A stretch of DNA of 54,151 bases, taken from the NCBI GenBank assembly GCA_038915165.1, contig JBCLDE010000005.1:1-54151 (forward strand), written 5' to 3'. The stretch's first letter is position 1. Each line of letters starts with the position of its first letter. A program made the position numbers and the translations under genes. The stretch comes from Candidatus Limnocylindrales bacterium. GTDB lineage: Bacteria; Chloroflexota; Limnocylindria; Limnocylindrales; CSP1-4. Of this stretch, positions 26,168-35,744 are shown piece by piece. Below the pieces are notes generated by a model that saw only the letters and a list, made by a program, of their open reading frames with translations, ran no database searches and was not told the DNA's origin.

Positions 26168-27352
26168 ATGTCTCCTGAGGCAGGTCCGTTGCGGATCGCT
26201 GCGGTCCAGGCATCGCCCATCTTCCTGGACCCCGCAGCGACGACGGAGAAGGCCGTCAGCCTCATCGAGGAAGCCGCGAGCAAGGGCGCCCAGCTGATCA
26301 CGTTCGGGGAGGGCTTCCTGCCCGGCCACCCGATCTGGTTGCACGTGCTCCCCGTGACGAGTCCTCGGCAGATCGAGCTGGCAAGCCTCCTCGTGCGGAG
26401 CGCGATCTCGATCCCCGGTGTCGAGACGGACCACCTGGCCGATGTGGCGCGACGGACCGGGACGATGATCGTGATGGGCGCGACCGAGCGGCTGGGCGCG
26501 GGTCGATCCTCGATCGCCGCGAGCGTGATCGCGATCACGCCGGACGGCACCGTTTCGGCCCGGCGCAAGCTTGTGCCGGCCGTAGGCGAACGCGTGTTGT
26601 TCACGGCCGGAGCCGGCGAGGACATCCGCACCTTCGAGTCGCCGTGGGGGCCGATCGGCGCCCTGCTGGGTGGTGAGAACGCGAATCCATTACTGACGTG
26701 GACGCTTCGCGAGCTCGGGGCGAGGGTCCACGTGGCGATGTGGCCGCCGCATTTCAACAAGCCCGGTGTCATGGGAGAGACCGCGACGATCACTGGACGA
26801 GCGATCGCCTACCAGAACTCGGTGCACGTCATCTCGGTCGCGGGCGCGACGACGCCGGAGATCCGGGCACGGATCGCCCAGACCGATGCCGACCGCAAAC
26901 TCCTGGACGCGATGGCGGCGGATCCAGCCTCGAGCGTCTTCGCGCCCCGTGGCGCGCTGGCGGCCGGCCCGCTGCCCGGCGGCGACGGCATCCTGTACGC
27001 CGACCTGGATATGGACGCCGGCGCCTGGCCGAGCCTGGTGAATCGGCAGTACGACCGGCCCGATCTGTTCCGGGTCATGGTCGACCGGTCGCCTCCGGCC
27101 AGCTCGCTCGTCCTTGGTGGGCTCGGTGCCGCCTTCGCCCACGCCCCGACCGGCGAGCCCAAGGGACTCGAGGCGCGCGCCCGTCGGCTCATCGCGGAGC
27201 GTTACCAGACCATTTCGGCGGACGATGCCGCGCGGCTGCTGCCCTTCGTCGTTTCCGTCCTCTCGACCTCCGAGGCGCTCGAGGCCGAGCATCCAGGTGA
27301 GATGGACCCGGACTCGGCGACCTACGTGGACGATCCCCGCACCGACCAGTGA
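26168..27352 (+). CDS. Nitrilase-family protein lacking the catalytic Cys, with a ~60-aa C-terminal extension
   Basis: RIAAVQA.P.FLD, F.EGF.PG.P.W, RRKLVP...ER present; the nucleophile motif reads LLGGEN instead of L.CGEN. Confidence 0.85.
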   Translation: MSPEAGPLRIAAVQASPIFLDPAATTEKAVSLIEEAASKGAQLITFGEGFLPGHPIWLHVLPVTSPRQIELASLLVRSAISIPGVETDHLADVARRTGTMIVMGATERLGAGRSSIAASVIAITPDGTVSARRKLVPAVGERVLFTAGAGEDIRTFESPWGPIGALLGGENANPLLTWTLRELGARVHVAMWPPHFNKPGVMGETATITGRAIAYQNSVHVISVAGATTPEIRARIAQTDADRKLLDAMAADPASSVFAPRGALAAGPLPGGDGILYADLDMDAGAWPSLVNRQYDRPDLFRVMVDRSPPASSLVLGGLGAAFAHAPTGEPKGLEARARRLIAERYQTISADDAARLLPFVVSVLSTSEALEAEHPGEMDPDSATYVDDPRTDQ

Positions 27353-28794
27353 CCGATCTCGCGATTGAATCGATCGCGGACCTGGCACCCAGGATCGCCG
27401 ACCGGGCGCTCTCTCCCGTGGAGCTCGTCCGCGCGATCCTCGACCGTATCGACGCCCTTGAACCGGGCCTCGCGACGTACGTGACCGTGGATGGCGAGGC
27501 TGCCATCGCCGCGGCTCGGGATGCCGAGGTCGAGATCGGTCGAACGGGGGCGCGCGGTCCGCTTCACGGGATCCCGGTGGCGATCAAGGACAACCTCGCG
27601 GTCGCCGGCTGGCCCACCACCAATGGCTCCCCCCGCATGACCGGTCACGTGACCGCGTTCGATGCCGCCGTCGTGGAACGGCTGCGAGCGGCCGGCGCGG
27701 TCATCCTCGGCAAGTCGGCGATGCACGAATGGGCGATGGGCGGCACCTGCTCCCGTCAACCGGGCGGTCCCGTCCGCAATCCCTGGGATCCCGATCGCGT
27801 GCCTGGCGGCTCGAGCGGTGGATCGGCGGCCGCGGTCGCGGCCGGCCTCGCCAGCGCCGCCATCGGGACGGACGGGATGGGGTCCATCCGGACGCCCGCT
27901 GCCTACTGCGGTGTCGTCGGGCTCAAGCCGACCTACGGTCTGGTGAGCCGGTATGGAGAACTGCCGCCGACCAGCTCCTGGACGGACCATGTCGGACCGA
28001 TCACGCGCACGGTCGCCGATGCGCGGCTGGTGCTCGCCGCCATCGCGGGTCCCGATCCACGCGACCCGACATCTCGAACGCGCCCGACGTCGACGCCCGA
28101 CGATCCGACCGGCCGGACATCGTTCCGAGTCGGGATCGTGCGGTCACCGCTGGATCGCGACATCCACCCCGCGATCCGTGCCGAGGTCGACCGCGTGGCG
28201 GCCCGTCTCGCCGCCCGCGGCGCGACCGTCGTACCGGTCGAGCTCCCATCGCTCGGTCGCATGCCGCTCGTCGGACCGGCCCTCGGCACGGAGGCGCAGG
28301 ACGTCCTTCTGCCACTGGCGCTGGAGGGTCCCGGATCGTTCGCCAATCAGGACATCAGGTATCGGGTCTTGGCCGCCGAGTTCATCCGATCCGCGGACGT
28401 ACGGCGTGCCCGCCATGTGGCGATGGCCATCCGCGCCGAAGTCCTGCGCGTGCTCGAAGGGGTCGACGCCCTGCTCCTTCCGACCACGACCACGCCGGCT
28501 TTCCGGATCGGCGCTTCTGAGGTGGTCGTCGGAGACGGCGAACTCGTCGACCTCACCCGGCCCGGAGGACAGGCCCGGCTGACGACCCGGCTGACGCATC
28601 CGTTCAACATCGTCGGGGTCCCGGCCATCTCACTCCCGGCGCTGTCGCTCGTCGACGGGCTACCCGTCGGTATCCAGCTCGTCGGACGACGCTGGGGCGA
28701 CGAGGCCCTGCTTGACGTTGCCGCCCTCGTCGAGGCCGACGGGGCGGGATACCGGCCGCCGCCGAGTGAGACCGCACAGGTCGACGCCCCGTGA
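27349..28794 (+). CDS. Amidase-signature enzyme (GatA/AtzE-like)
   Basis: [15 protein letters not shown]...[28 protein letters not shown]. Confidence 0.95.
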   Translation: MTDLAIESIADLAPRIADRALSPVELVRAILDRIDALEPGLATYVTVDGEAAIAAARDAEVEIGRTGARGPLHGIPVAIKDNLAVAGWPTTNGSPRMTGHVTAFDAAVVERLRAAGAVILGKSAMHEWAMGGTCSRQPGGPVRNPWDPDRVPGGSSGGSAAAVAAGLASAAIGTDGMGSIRTPAAYCGVVGLKPTYGLVSRYGELPPTSSWTDHVGPITRTVADARLVLAAIAGPDPRDPTSRTRPTSTPDDPTGRTSFRVGIVRSPLDRDIHPAIRAEVDRVAARLAARGATVVPVELPSLGRMPLVGPALGTEAQDVLLPLALEGPGSFANQDIRYRVLAAEFIRSADVRRARHVAMAIRAEVLRVLEGVDALLLPTTTTPAFRIGASEVVVGDGELVDLTRPGGQARLTTRLTHPFNIVGVPAISLPALSLVDGLPVGIQLVGRRWGDEALLDVAALVEADGAGYRPPPSETAQVDAP

Positions 28795-28830
28795 TTTTCA
28801 CGACGCAATCACGTTCCGTCATGGTTCGTC

Positions 28831-28840
28831 TTGTATACTG
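28831..28840. promoter_or_regulatory. GTATAC box / TATACT -10 upstream of the second nitrilase operon
   Basis: TTGTATACTG. Confidence 0.6.
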
Positions 28841-28888
28841 TTTGGAGCGGCCGGGTCGAATCGGCCACGCCACGATGGAGTCGTTGCG

Positions 28889-29968
28889 ATGGGTGACGTG
28901 TTCCCGACGATCCGTCTAGCTGCCATCCAGGCAGCGCCCGTCTTCCTCGACCGCGAGGCCACCATCGCGAAGGCCTGCGACCTGATCCGGGAAGCCGGCG
29001 TCAACGGTGCCGACGTCATCGGGTTCCCCGAAGGGTTCATCCCGGCCCACCCGCTCTGGTTCCATTTCCATCCGGTGACCAGCCCGACGGCGATGACCTT
29101 CTCCCGCGAACTCTTCGCGAACGCCGTCACCGTCCCCGGACCCGGCACTGACGCGTTGTGCGAGGCTGCCCGGGCGGCGCACGCCAACGTCGTCATCGGG
29201 ATCTGCGAGAAGGATCCCGGCAGCATGGGGACGATGTACAACTCGCTGCTCGTCATCAGCGACGCGGGCGAGATCGTCGGCGTTCGGCGCAAGATCGTCC
29301 CGACGGTGGGGGAGCGGATCGTCCACACGGCCGGTGCGGGTGACAGCGTCCGGGTCTTCGATGCGGCGTTCGGGGCGGTGAGCGGCTTGATGTGCGGGGA
29401 GAACTCGAACCCGCTCCTGACCTATTCGATGAGTGCGCTCGGCGCCAAGGTACACGTCTCGAGCTGGCCGAGCTTTTTCAACAAGGCGGCGGATATGCAA
29501 TCGATCGCCGACCTCGCCAGCCGGGCGATCGCCTACCAGAACTCGAGTTTCGTCATCAGCTCCATCGCGGCCATCGACGACGCGATGGTCGAACGCCTGC
29601 CGGCGAACGAGGAGGACCGCGCGCATCTGGTCAACGCTCGAAGTCGGGGTGGATCGGCGATCTACGCACCGGGCGGGGCGGTGATCGCCGGCCCGCTCGC
29701 CGGGGGCGAGGGCATCGCCTATGCCGACGCGGAGCTCGAGAGGATCGTCCCGCGAAAGATCGTGCACGACTATGCCGGTGACTACAACCGCTTCGACATC
29801 TTCCAGCTGATGGTCAACCAGACGCCGGCGGGAGCCCCGATCCGGCTCGGGAGCCTGGGCGCGACCATCTCACCGCGGGAGGTCGAGGGCGCGCGGACCC
29901 TGCTGATCCGCGACGCGATGGGTGGACACCTCGGCGGTGGCGACACCGACGGCGACGACGCACGATGA
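28889..29968 (+). CDS. Nitrilase (carbon-nitrogen hydrolase) with intact E-K-C triad
   Basis: FPEGF.P, RRKIVPT..ER, GLMCGEN.NP, D..GDYNR.DIF. Confidence 0.93.
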   Translation: MGDVFPTIRLAAIQAAPVFLDREATIAKACDLIREAGVNGADVIGFPEGFIPAHPLWFHFHPVTSPTAMTFSRELFANAVTVPGPGTDALCEAARAAHANVVIGICEKDPGSMGTMYNSLLVISDAGEIVGVRRKIVPTVGERIVHTAGAGDSVRVFDAAFGAVSGLMCGENSNPLLTYSMSALGAKVHVSSWPSFFNKAADMQSIADLASRAIAYQNSSFVISSIAAIDDAMVERLPANEEDRAHLVNARSRGGSAIYAPGGAVIAGPLAGGEGIAYADAELERIVPRKIVHDYAGDYNRFDIFQLMVNQTPAGAPIRLGSLGATISPREVEGARTLLIRDAMGGHLGGGDTDGDDAR

Positions 29969-30867
29969 CCCTGCGGGTCTGCACCTTCTCTGGCGCCTCG
30001 TCCCTCCCGATGCTCGCGGCGGAGGAGCTGGGCCTCTTCACGAAGGCCGGGCTGGACGTCGAACTCGTCCAAACGCGAAGTTCGGACGAGCTGATGGGCG
30101 GCCTGCTCGACGGTGAGTTCCAGATCGTGCATGCGGCGCCGGACAACTACATCGCGTGGCGCGATCGCACCGGAGCGGAGATCGTCGCCTGGATCGGTGG
30201 CACCAGTGGTCCGGTCTTGCTCGTGGCCCGTCCGGAGATCGCCGGCATCGAGGACCTCCGTGGACGCGTGATCGGCGTCGACGCGCCCACGAGCGGCTTC
30301 GTCAGCATCCTTCGGAAGATGCTCCGGCGGGCCGGTCTCGGGCCGGAGGACATCACGTTCGAGATCGTCGGGGCGACGCATCTGCGGGCTTCGGCGCTGC
30401 GCGATGGGCGGATCGACGCATCGATGCTGACGCTGCCCTGGTCGGCGGCGACCGAGCGAGACGGGTTCCGGATCCTGGCCGACGCGCGCACGGAGGTCCC
30501 CCGGCTGCAGGGCTCGTCCGGGGGCTCGCTGCGCGCCTGGCTCGATGCCGAACCGGAGACCGCGGACGCGTACCTGCGCGCGATCGTCGCGGCGCTGACG
30601 TGGCTCCAGCATCCCGATCACGCCGGCCGGACCCGCGACATCATCGCGCGTCGGTTCGGCATCGAGGCCGACCTGGCCGAGACCGTGCGCACCGCATTCG
30701 TCGATCCGGTCAACGGATGGCCGCCGTCCGCGCTGGTCGATCCGGTCGGCATGGCTGCGGTCTGTGCACTCCGCACCGAGAACGGGGATCCGCCGCGCGA
30801 GCCGCCGGAGGCCTACGTCTCGCTCGAGCCCTATCGACGGGTGCTCGGCTTCGGGTTGCTCGAGTGA
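29965..30867 (+). CDS. NMT1/THI5/SsuA-fold substrate-binding-like protein, no signal peptide
   Basis: A.E.GLF...GLDVE, DLRGR.IGVDA..SG, G.IDA..L..P. Confidence 0.8.
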   Translation: MTLRVCTFSGASSLPMLAAEELGLFTKAGLDVELVQTRSSDELMGGLLDGEFQIVHAAPDNYIAWRDRTGAEIVAWIGGTSGPVLLVARPEIAGIEDLRGRVIGVDAPTSGFVSILRKMLRRAGLGPEDITFEIVGATHLRASALRDGRIDASMLTLPWSAATERDGFRILADARTEVPRLQGSSGGSLRAWLDAEPETADAYLRAIVAALTWLQHPDHAGRTRDIIARRFGIEADLAETVRTAFVDPVNGWPPSALVDPVGMAAVCALRTENGDPPREPPEAYVSLEPYRRVLGFGLLE

Positions 30868-32039
30868 TGACGGACTCGCGACCCGCCGAGGCACACGGTT
30901 ACCCGCGCTTCTCGAGCGACGAATACGAGCGTCGTCGAGCCGCGGTCGACCGGTTGCGCATCGCCGCCGACCTTGACGCGGTGGTGGTCTTCGGCGGCGG
31001 CTCGTCCCGCCACGAGGTCCAATTCCTGACCGCCTGGCCACCGCGACAGGAGGGCTGGCTGGTCCTGAGCCCGGACCACGAAGACGTCCTCTACGTCCAG
31101 CTGTTCAATCACGTGCCCAATGCTCGCGAGATGTCCGTCGTCGACCGGGTCGAGTGGGCCGGGGTCGACTCCGCCGTGACGGTCGGTGCCGAGCTGGCTC
31201 GACGCGGCGCGCGCCTGATTGGTCTCGTCGGCGGCGTTCCGTACCAGGCCCATCAACGACTCGTCCGAGCCCTCCCGGACGCCGAGATCGTGGATCTCAC
31301 CCCGGCCTTCCGACGTATGCGTCTCGTGAAGAGCGCGGAGGAGATCGACTGGACCCGGCGGGGAGCCGCTCTGTGCGACCTGGCGCTCCGCGCTCTGGTC
31401 GCCCAGGCGCGCCCGGGCCTGCGTGAGTTCGAGCTCGGCTCGATCGTCGAGTCTGCGTACGGGCGGGAAGGCGGCCAGCACGGCATCTGCTTCATCGCGA
31501 CCGCCCCGATGTCCGGGGGTGGCCGCTTCGTCCCTAGCCAGAACTGGTCGAGCCGTCGCCTGGAGCCCGGTGACGCCATCCTGATCGAACTCAGCGCGGG
31601 GATCGGCGGTTACACCGGTCAGGTGCTTCGGACCATCGCCGTCGGCGACGTTCCGGGCCCCTACCGCGCGCTCCATGACGCGGCTGAAGACGCGTACCGC
31701 GCGTTGGTCGAAGCGGCTCGACCCGGGACGACGGCAGCCGACCTGCTTGCGGTCGCCGGTCGGATCGACGCGGCGGGCTGGTCGGTCTGCGACGACGTGG
31801 TCCACGGCTACGGCGGCGGCTATCTCGCCCCGGTCCTGCGCACACCGGCGACCGCGCACGGGGAGCCACCGGATCTTGTGCTGGAGCCCGGGATGATGCT
31901 CGTCGTCCAGCCGAACGTCATCACCCCGGACGCGTCGATGGGCGTCCAGACCGGGGAACTCGTCCTGATCACCGAGACCGGCGCGACATCCCTGCACCAG
32001 GCGCCGCCGGGCCTGCTCGTGGCCGGCTCGCCGGGCTGA
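30867..32039 (+). CDS. M24 (pita-bread fold) creatinase / Xaa-Pro-peptidase-like hydrolase
   Basis: FS.DEY.RR, R.VKS.EEI, RPG.RE, GY.GQ..RT, HG.G, L.PGM..V.QPN. Confidence 0.85.
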   Translation: MTDSRPAEAHGYPRFSSDEYERRRAAVDRLRIAADLDAVVVFGGGSSRHEVQFLTAWPPRQEGWLVLSPDHEDVLYVQLFNHVPNAREMSVVDRVEWAGVDSAVTVGAELARRGARLIGLVGGVPYQAHQRLVRALPDAEIVDLTPAFRRMRLVKSAEEIDWTRRGAALCDLALRALVAQARPGLREFELGSIVESAYGREGGQHGICFIATAPMSGGGRFVPSQNWSSRRLEPGDAILIELSAGIGGYTGQVLRTIAVGDVPGPYRALHDAAEDAYRALVEAARPGTTAADLLAVAGRIDAAGWSVCDDVVHGYGGGYLAPVLRTPATAHGEPPDLVLEPGMMLVVQPNVITPDASMGVQTGELVLITETGATSLHQAPPGLLVAGSPG

Positions 32040-32041
32040 CC

Positions 32042-32971
32042 GTGGCCGAACTCGTCGTAGCGCCGACACTTGACGCCGCGCTGGAGCGGTTGGCGGCGCC
32101 CGGCGCCCGAGCCGTCGCCGGAGGCGTCGGCGTCATGCTCGGCCGCATGCGAGGGATGGATCCTGGCGGCGACCTGGTCGGGATCGGCCAGCTGCCGGAA
32201 CTCGGCGGGGCGACATCGGGCCCCGACGGGACGATCCGACTCGGAGGAGCGCTGACGATATCGCGCCTGGCCAGGCCCGACGACGAGCGTGTCGTCGCGC
32301 CGCTCCTGCAGGCGGCCGCGCTCGCGACCGCCAACCCCGGGATCAGGCTGGTCGCGACGCTGGGTGGCAACATCGTGGACGTCGGCGCGGCGTCGGATGT
32401 CGTCGCCGCGCTCATCGCGCTTGACGCGCGAGTGCAGATCGTCCGACGCCATGCCACCAGGACCGTCCCCCTGATCGATCTCTGGACCGCGGATTCCGCG
32501 GATCCCGAACGGGCCGGGGATGACGAGGGTCGGTCGACCTCGCCGCTCCGGATCCGAGCGGACGAGATCATCCGCTCCGTGATCCTGCCCGGGGCCATAC
32601 CGACCGGTTGGGGATGGCAACGGTTGACGCTGCACGGCGCGATGGACCGGTCGGCGGCCTCGGTCGCCGTCGCGATCCTCGCGGACGGCGAGGCGCGGGT
32701 CGTCCTCACGGCCGCTGCCGATCGACCGGTCAGGTTCCCCGACGTCGAGCGTCTCGTCCGAGCGGCCGCGTCGACCGATCTGCCGGGCGCGACGACCGGA
32801 TCCGGGTTCGCCGCCCGCCTCCGCGCGGCGGCCGTCGCCGACCTGGCCGCGGAGACGCTCATGACGGATGACCGCGCCCCGGCCGCCTATCGCCGGCGGG
32901 TCGTGCCGGTCCTGGTCGAGCGGGCCGTCCTGGCCGCGTTCTCTCGCGCCCGGGCGGGATCCGATGGCTGA
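32042..32971 (+). CDS. Mo-hydroxylase FAD-binding subunit (second set)
   Basis: P.TLD.AL, AGG, IR..ATLGGNI, SD....L.ALDA, D.RA.A.YRR. Confidence 0.85.
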   Translation: MAELVVAPTLDAALERLAAPGARAVAGGVGVMLGRMRGMDPGGDLVGIGQLPELGGATSGPDGTIRLGGALTISRLARPDDERVVAPLLQAAALATANPGIRLVATLGGNIVDVGAASDVVAALIALDARVQIVRRHATRTVPLIDLWTADSADPERAGDDEGRSTSPLRIRADEIIRSVILPGAIPTGWGWQRLTLHGAMDRSAASVAVAILADGEARVVLTAAADRPVRFPDVERLVRAAASTDLPGATTGSGFAARLRAAAVADLAAETLMTDDRAPAAYRRRVVPVLVERAVLAAFSRARAGSDG

Positions 32972-35744
32972 CGAGGCGCTCGGCGCGGATGCGGTCGACG
33001 CCCGCGTGCGCGGCACGCTGCGGTACGCGATCGACCTGTCGATCCCGGGCATGGCCCACGCCGCGCTCGTCCGAAGCCCGGTGGCGGCCGCCCGGATCCG
33101 CTCGATCTCGACTATTCGCGCCGCATCGATGCCCGGCGTGTCGAACGTCGTGACCGCCGCCGACCTCGACGGCCTGCATCTCGCGGATCAGCGCTTCGGG
33201 ACGGTCGTCGCGGATCAGCCGATCCTCGCCCGCGATCGGGTGCGCCACATCGGGGAGCCGATCGCCATGGTCGTCGCCACCACCCCGGCCGAAGCATGGG
33301 CCGCGGCGGACGCGGTCGAGCTGGATCTTCTGGCGACCTTGGCCGTGGAGGACGTGGACGCTGCGCTCGCGGCCGGGGCACCGCTGGTCCACGACGATCG
33401 GCCCGGCAACATCCTCGGGCGAGCGAACTTCACCAACGGCGATCTCGCCGCGGCCGAGCGGGCGACCGTGCATCGATCCTCCGGCTGGTACACCAGCCCG
33501 GCAGCCCAGCAGGTGACCCTCGAACCCCAGGTCTGCATCGCGCGGTGGACCGACACGGGGTTGGAGATGTGGGCCGCGACGCAGAGCCCTAGCCGCATCG
33601 CGGCGGAACTCGCCCGCGTGTTCGGCCTGGAGCTGGACCAGGTCCGACTCCACGTCCCGCCGCTCGGCGGTGGCTACGGTGGCAAAAACCACGCGAAGCT
33701 CGAGCCGCTTGTCGCGGCGGTCGCCGCCATCGCCGGCCGCCCGGTCCGCCTGGTCAATCGGCGCGTCGAGGAATTCGTCACCACGACGAAGCATGGCGCT
33801 CGGATCTGGCTCGAGAGCGGAGTCGACGCCGACGCCAGGTTCACGTTCCGCCGCGCTCGGATCGTCATGGATGGCGGCGCGTACGCCCACTCGAGCCCCG
33901 CCGTGATGCGAGCCGGCATGCTGGTGGTCTGCGGTCCCTACCGGGTGCCCGCCGCCGAGGTCGAGTCGGTCATGGTCTACACAAACCTGCCACCGGCGGG
34001 GTCGTTCCGCGGTCTGGGGGCGAACCAGGCGGCCTGGGCCGGCGAGCGACAGGTCGATGAACTGGCTCGAGAGATCGGGCTCGACCCCGTGGAACTGCGG
34101 CGTCGGAATGTCGTTCGGTCCGGCGATCGTCTGCCGACCGGCGAGCGCGTCGCCGGTGCGCACTGGGCGGCATGCCTCGACGCGGCGACGGCGTCTCTGG
34201 ATTCCGCCCAGGGTCCGATCCCCGATCTGGGCCCCGGCCGCCGATCGGGGATCGGCGTCGCCCTTGCGATGAAGCATACGATGACCCCCTCCCGCTCCGA
34301 GGCCGTCGTCGCGGCCCTCGTCGACGGGACCGTCGAGGTTCGGTCGAGCCTCGTGGACATGGGCCAGGGACTTCCAGGGGTCCTCGCGCAGGCCGCGATT
34401 CGACACCTCGGCCTCACACAAGCGCGGATCCGGGTGATCGAACCGGACACCGCTCGAACGCCATTCGACGCGACCACGAGCTCGAGCCGTGGGACGTGGT
34501 CGGGGACGACCGCGGTGGAGCGCGCCGCGCTGGCGTTGCGGGATCGCCTCGAGACCGCCGCGGCCGCCCGCTTCGGCGTGCCGCGCGAGGCCGTCGCCCT
34601 GGGTGCCGACTGGGTGGTCCGGGTCGTGGATGTGGAGGAAGGGTTGGAGGCTCCATCGCTTCCTGTCGTCGACCTCGTCATCGCCTCCGGTGACGGCGAG
34701 ATCAGTGGCCATGGCATCGCGATCAACGAGGCGCCGGTCGATCCCGAGACAGGCACGACCGCGAGCTCGAGCCATTGGCACCAGGGCGCGGTCGCCGTCC
34801 GCGTCTCGGTCGATCCGGAGACCGGCGTGACACGCGTCCTCGAGGCGCACGGTGCCGCATGGGCGGGCCGGGTCGTGAATGCGCGCGGCGCCCGACTGCA
34901 GAACGAGGGCAACATCCTGACCGGGCTCGGGCCGACGTTGTTCGAGTCCCTCGAACTCGCGACGGGTGGCTGGGCGCCCCGCGACCTCCTCGACTATCGC
35001 ATCCCATCCATCCTGGACCTCCCCGACCGCCTCGAGACGGTGGCCCTCGAGGCTGGACCCAACGAGCCCGACAAGGAGCCGACCGGTCTTGGCGAAAGCC
35101 TGATCCCGGCGGTCGCGCCGGCGGTCGCCGCGGCCATCGCCGACGCGGTCGGTGTTGACCTGCGCGACCTGCCGCTCGACCCGACTCGGGTGCTGGCCGC
35201 GATCCTCGACGACCCGACACTCGAGCGATCGCGTGACAGCGAGGGCCGATCCTGGGCCGTCCCGGGGACAGCGCCCGGCCGGAACCTCGTCCGTCTGACG
35301 CTCACCGTGGACGGGCAGCCGGCGGACGTTCTGGTCGACCCAGGCTGGTCCCTCGCAACGGTCCTGCGGGAGTCCCTCGGTCACCAGGCGATCCGGCAAC
35401 CGTGTGGCGTCGGCACGTGCGGTGCCTGCACGGCGGTGGTGGACGGCGACGCGATCCGAACGTGTCTCCGGCCGGCGGGTCTGACCCAGAACGCGACGAT
35501 CGTCACCGCGGCGGGACTGGCCGACGACGATCCATTCCGACAGGCGTTCGTCAACGCAGGCGCCGCGCAATGCGGCTTCTGCATTCCGGGCATGGTCCTC
35601 GTCGCGCGCTCAGCGTTCGAACGGGAGCCCGACATCGATGCCGATGGCATCCGGCGAGCCCTGACGGGGAACCTCTGCCGGTGCGGGACCTATGCCCGAG
35701 TCCTGGCGGCGGTCGAGGCGGCCGTTGCGAGCGGCCGCCGCTAG
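32964..35744 (+). CDS. Xanthine-dehydrogenase-family molybdopterin subunit fused to a C-terminal 2x[2Fe-2S] domain
   Basis: GGGYGGK, GPY.VP, GSFRG.G, DMGQG, DYRIP...D.P, GLGE; then CG.G.CGACT, QCGFC.PG, NLCRCG.Y in the same frame. Confidence 0.9.
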   Translation: MADEALGADAVDARVRGTLRYAIDLSIPGMAHAALVRSPVAAARIRSISTIRAASMPGVSNVVTAADLDGLHLADQRFGTVVADQPILARDRVRHIGEPIAMVVATTPAEAWAAADAVELDLLATLAVEDVDAALAAGAPLVHDDRPGNILGRANFTNGDLAAAERATVHRSSGWYTSPAAQQVTLEPQVCIARWTDTGLEMWAATQSPSRIAAELARVFGLELDQVRLHVPPLGGGYGGKNHAKLEPLVAAVAAIAGRPVRLVNRRVEEFVTTTKHGARIWLESGVDADARFTFRRARIVMDGGAYAHSSPAVMRAGMLVVCGPYRVPAAEVESVMVYTNLPPAGSFRGLGANQAAWAGERQVDELAREIGLDPVELRRRNVVRSGDRLPTGERVAGAHWAACLDAATASLDSAQGPIPDLGPGRRSGIGVALAMKHTMTPSRSEAVVAALVDGTVEVRSSLVDMGQGLPGVLAQAAIRHLGLTQARIRVIEPDTARTPFDATTSSSRGTWSGTTAVERAALALRDRLETAAAARFGVPREAVALGADWVVRVVDVEEGLEAPSLPVVDLVIASGDGEISGHGIAINEAPVDPETGTTASSSHWHQGAVAVRVSVDPETGVTRVLEAHGAAWAGRVVNARGARLQNEGNILTGLGPTLFESLELATGGWAPRDLLDYRIPSILDLPDRLETVALEAGPNEPDKEPTGLGESLIPAVAPAVAAAIADAVGVDLRDLPLDPTRVLAAILDDPTLERSRDSEGRSWAVPGTAPGRNLVRLTLTVDGQPADVLVDPGWSLATVLRESLGHQAIRQPCGVGTCGACTAVVDGDAIRTCLRPAGLTQNATIVTAAGLADDDPFRQAFVNAGAAQCGFCIPGMVLVARSAFEREPDIDADGIRRALTGNLCRCGTYARVLAAVEAAVASGRR

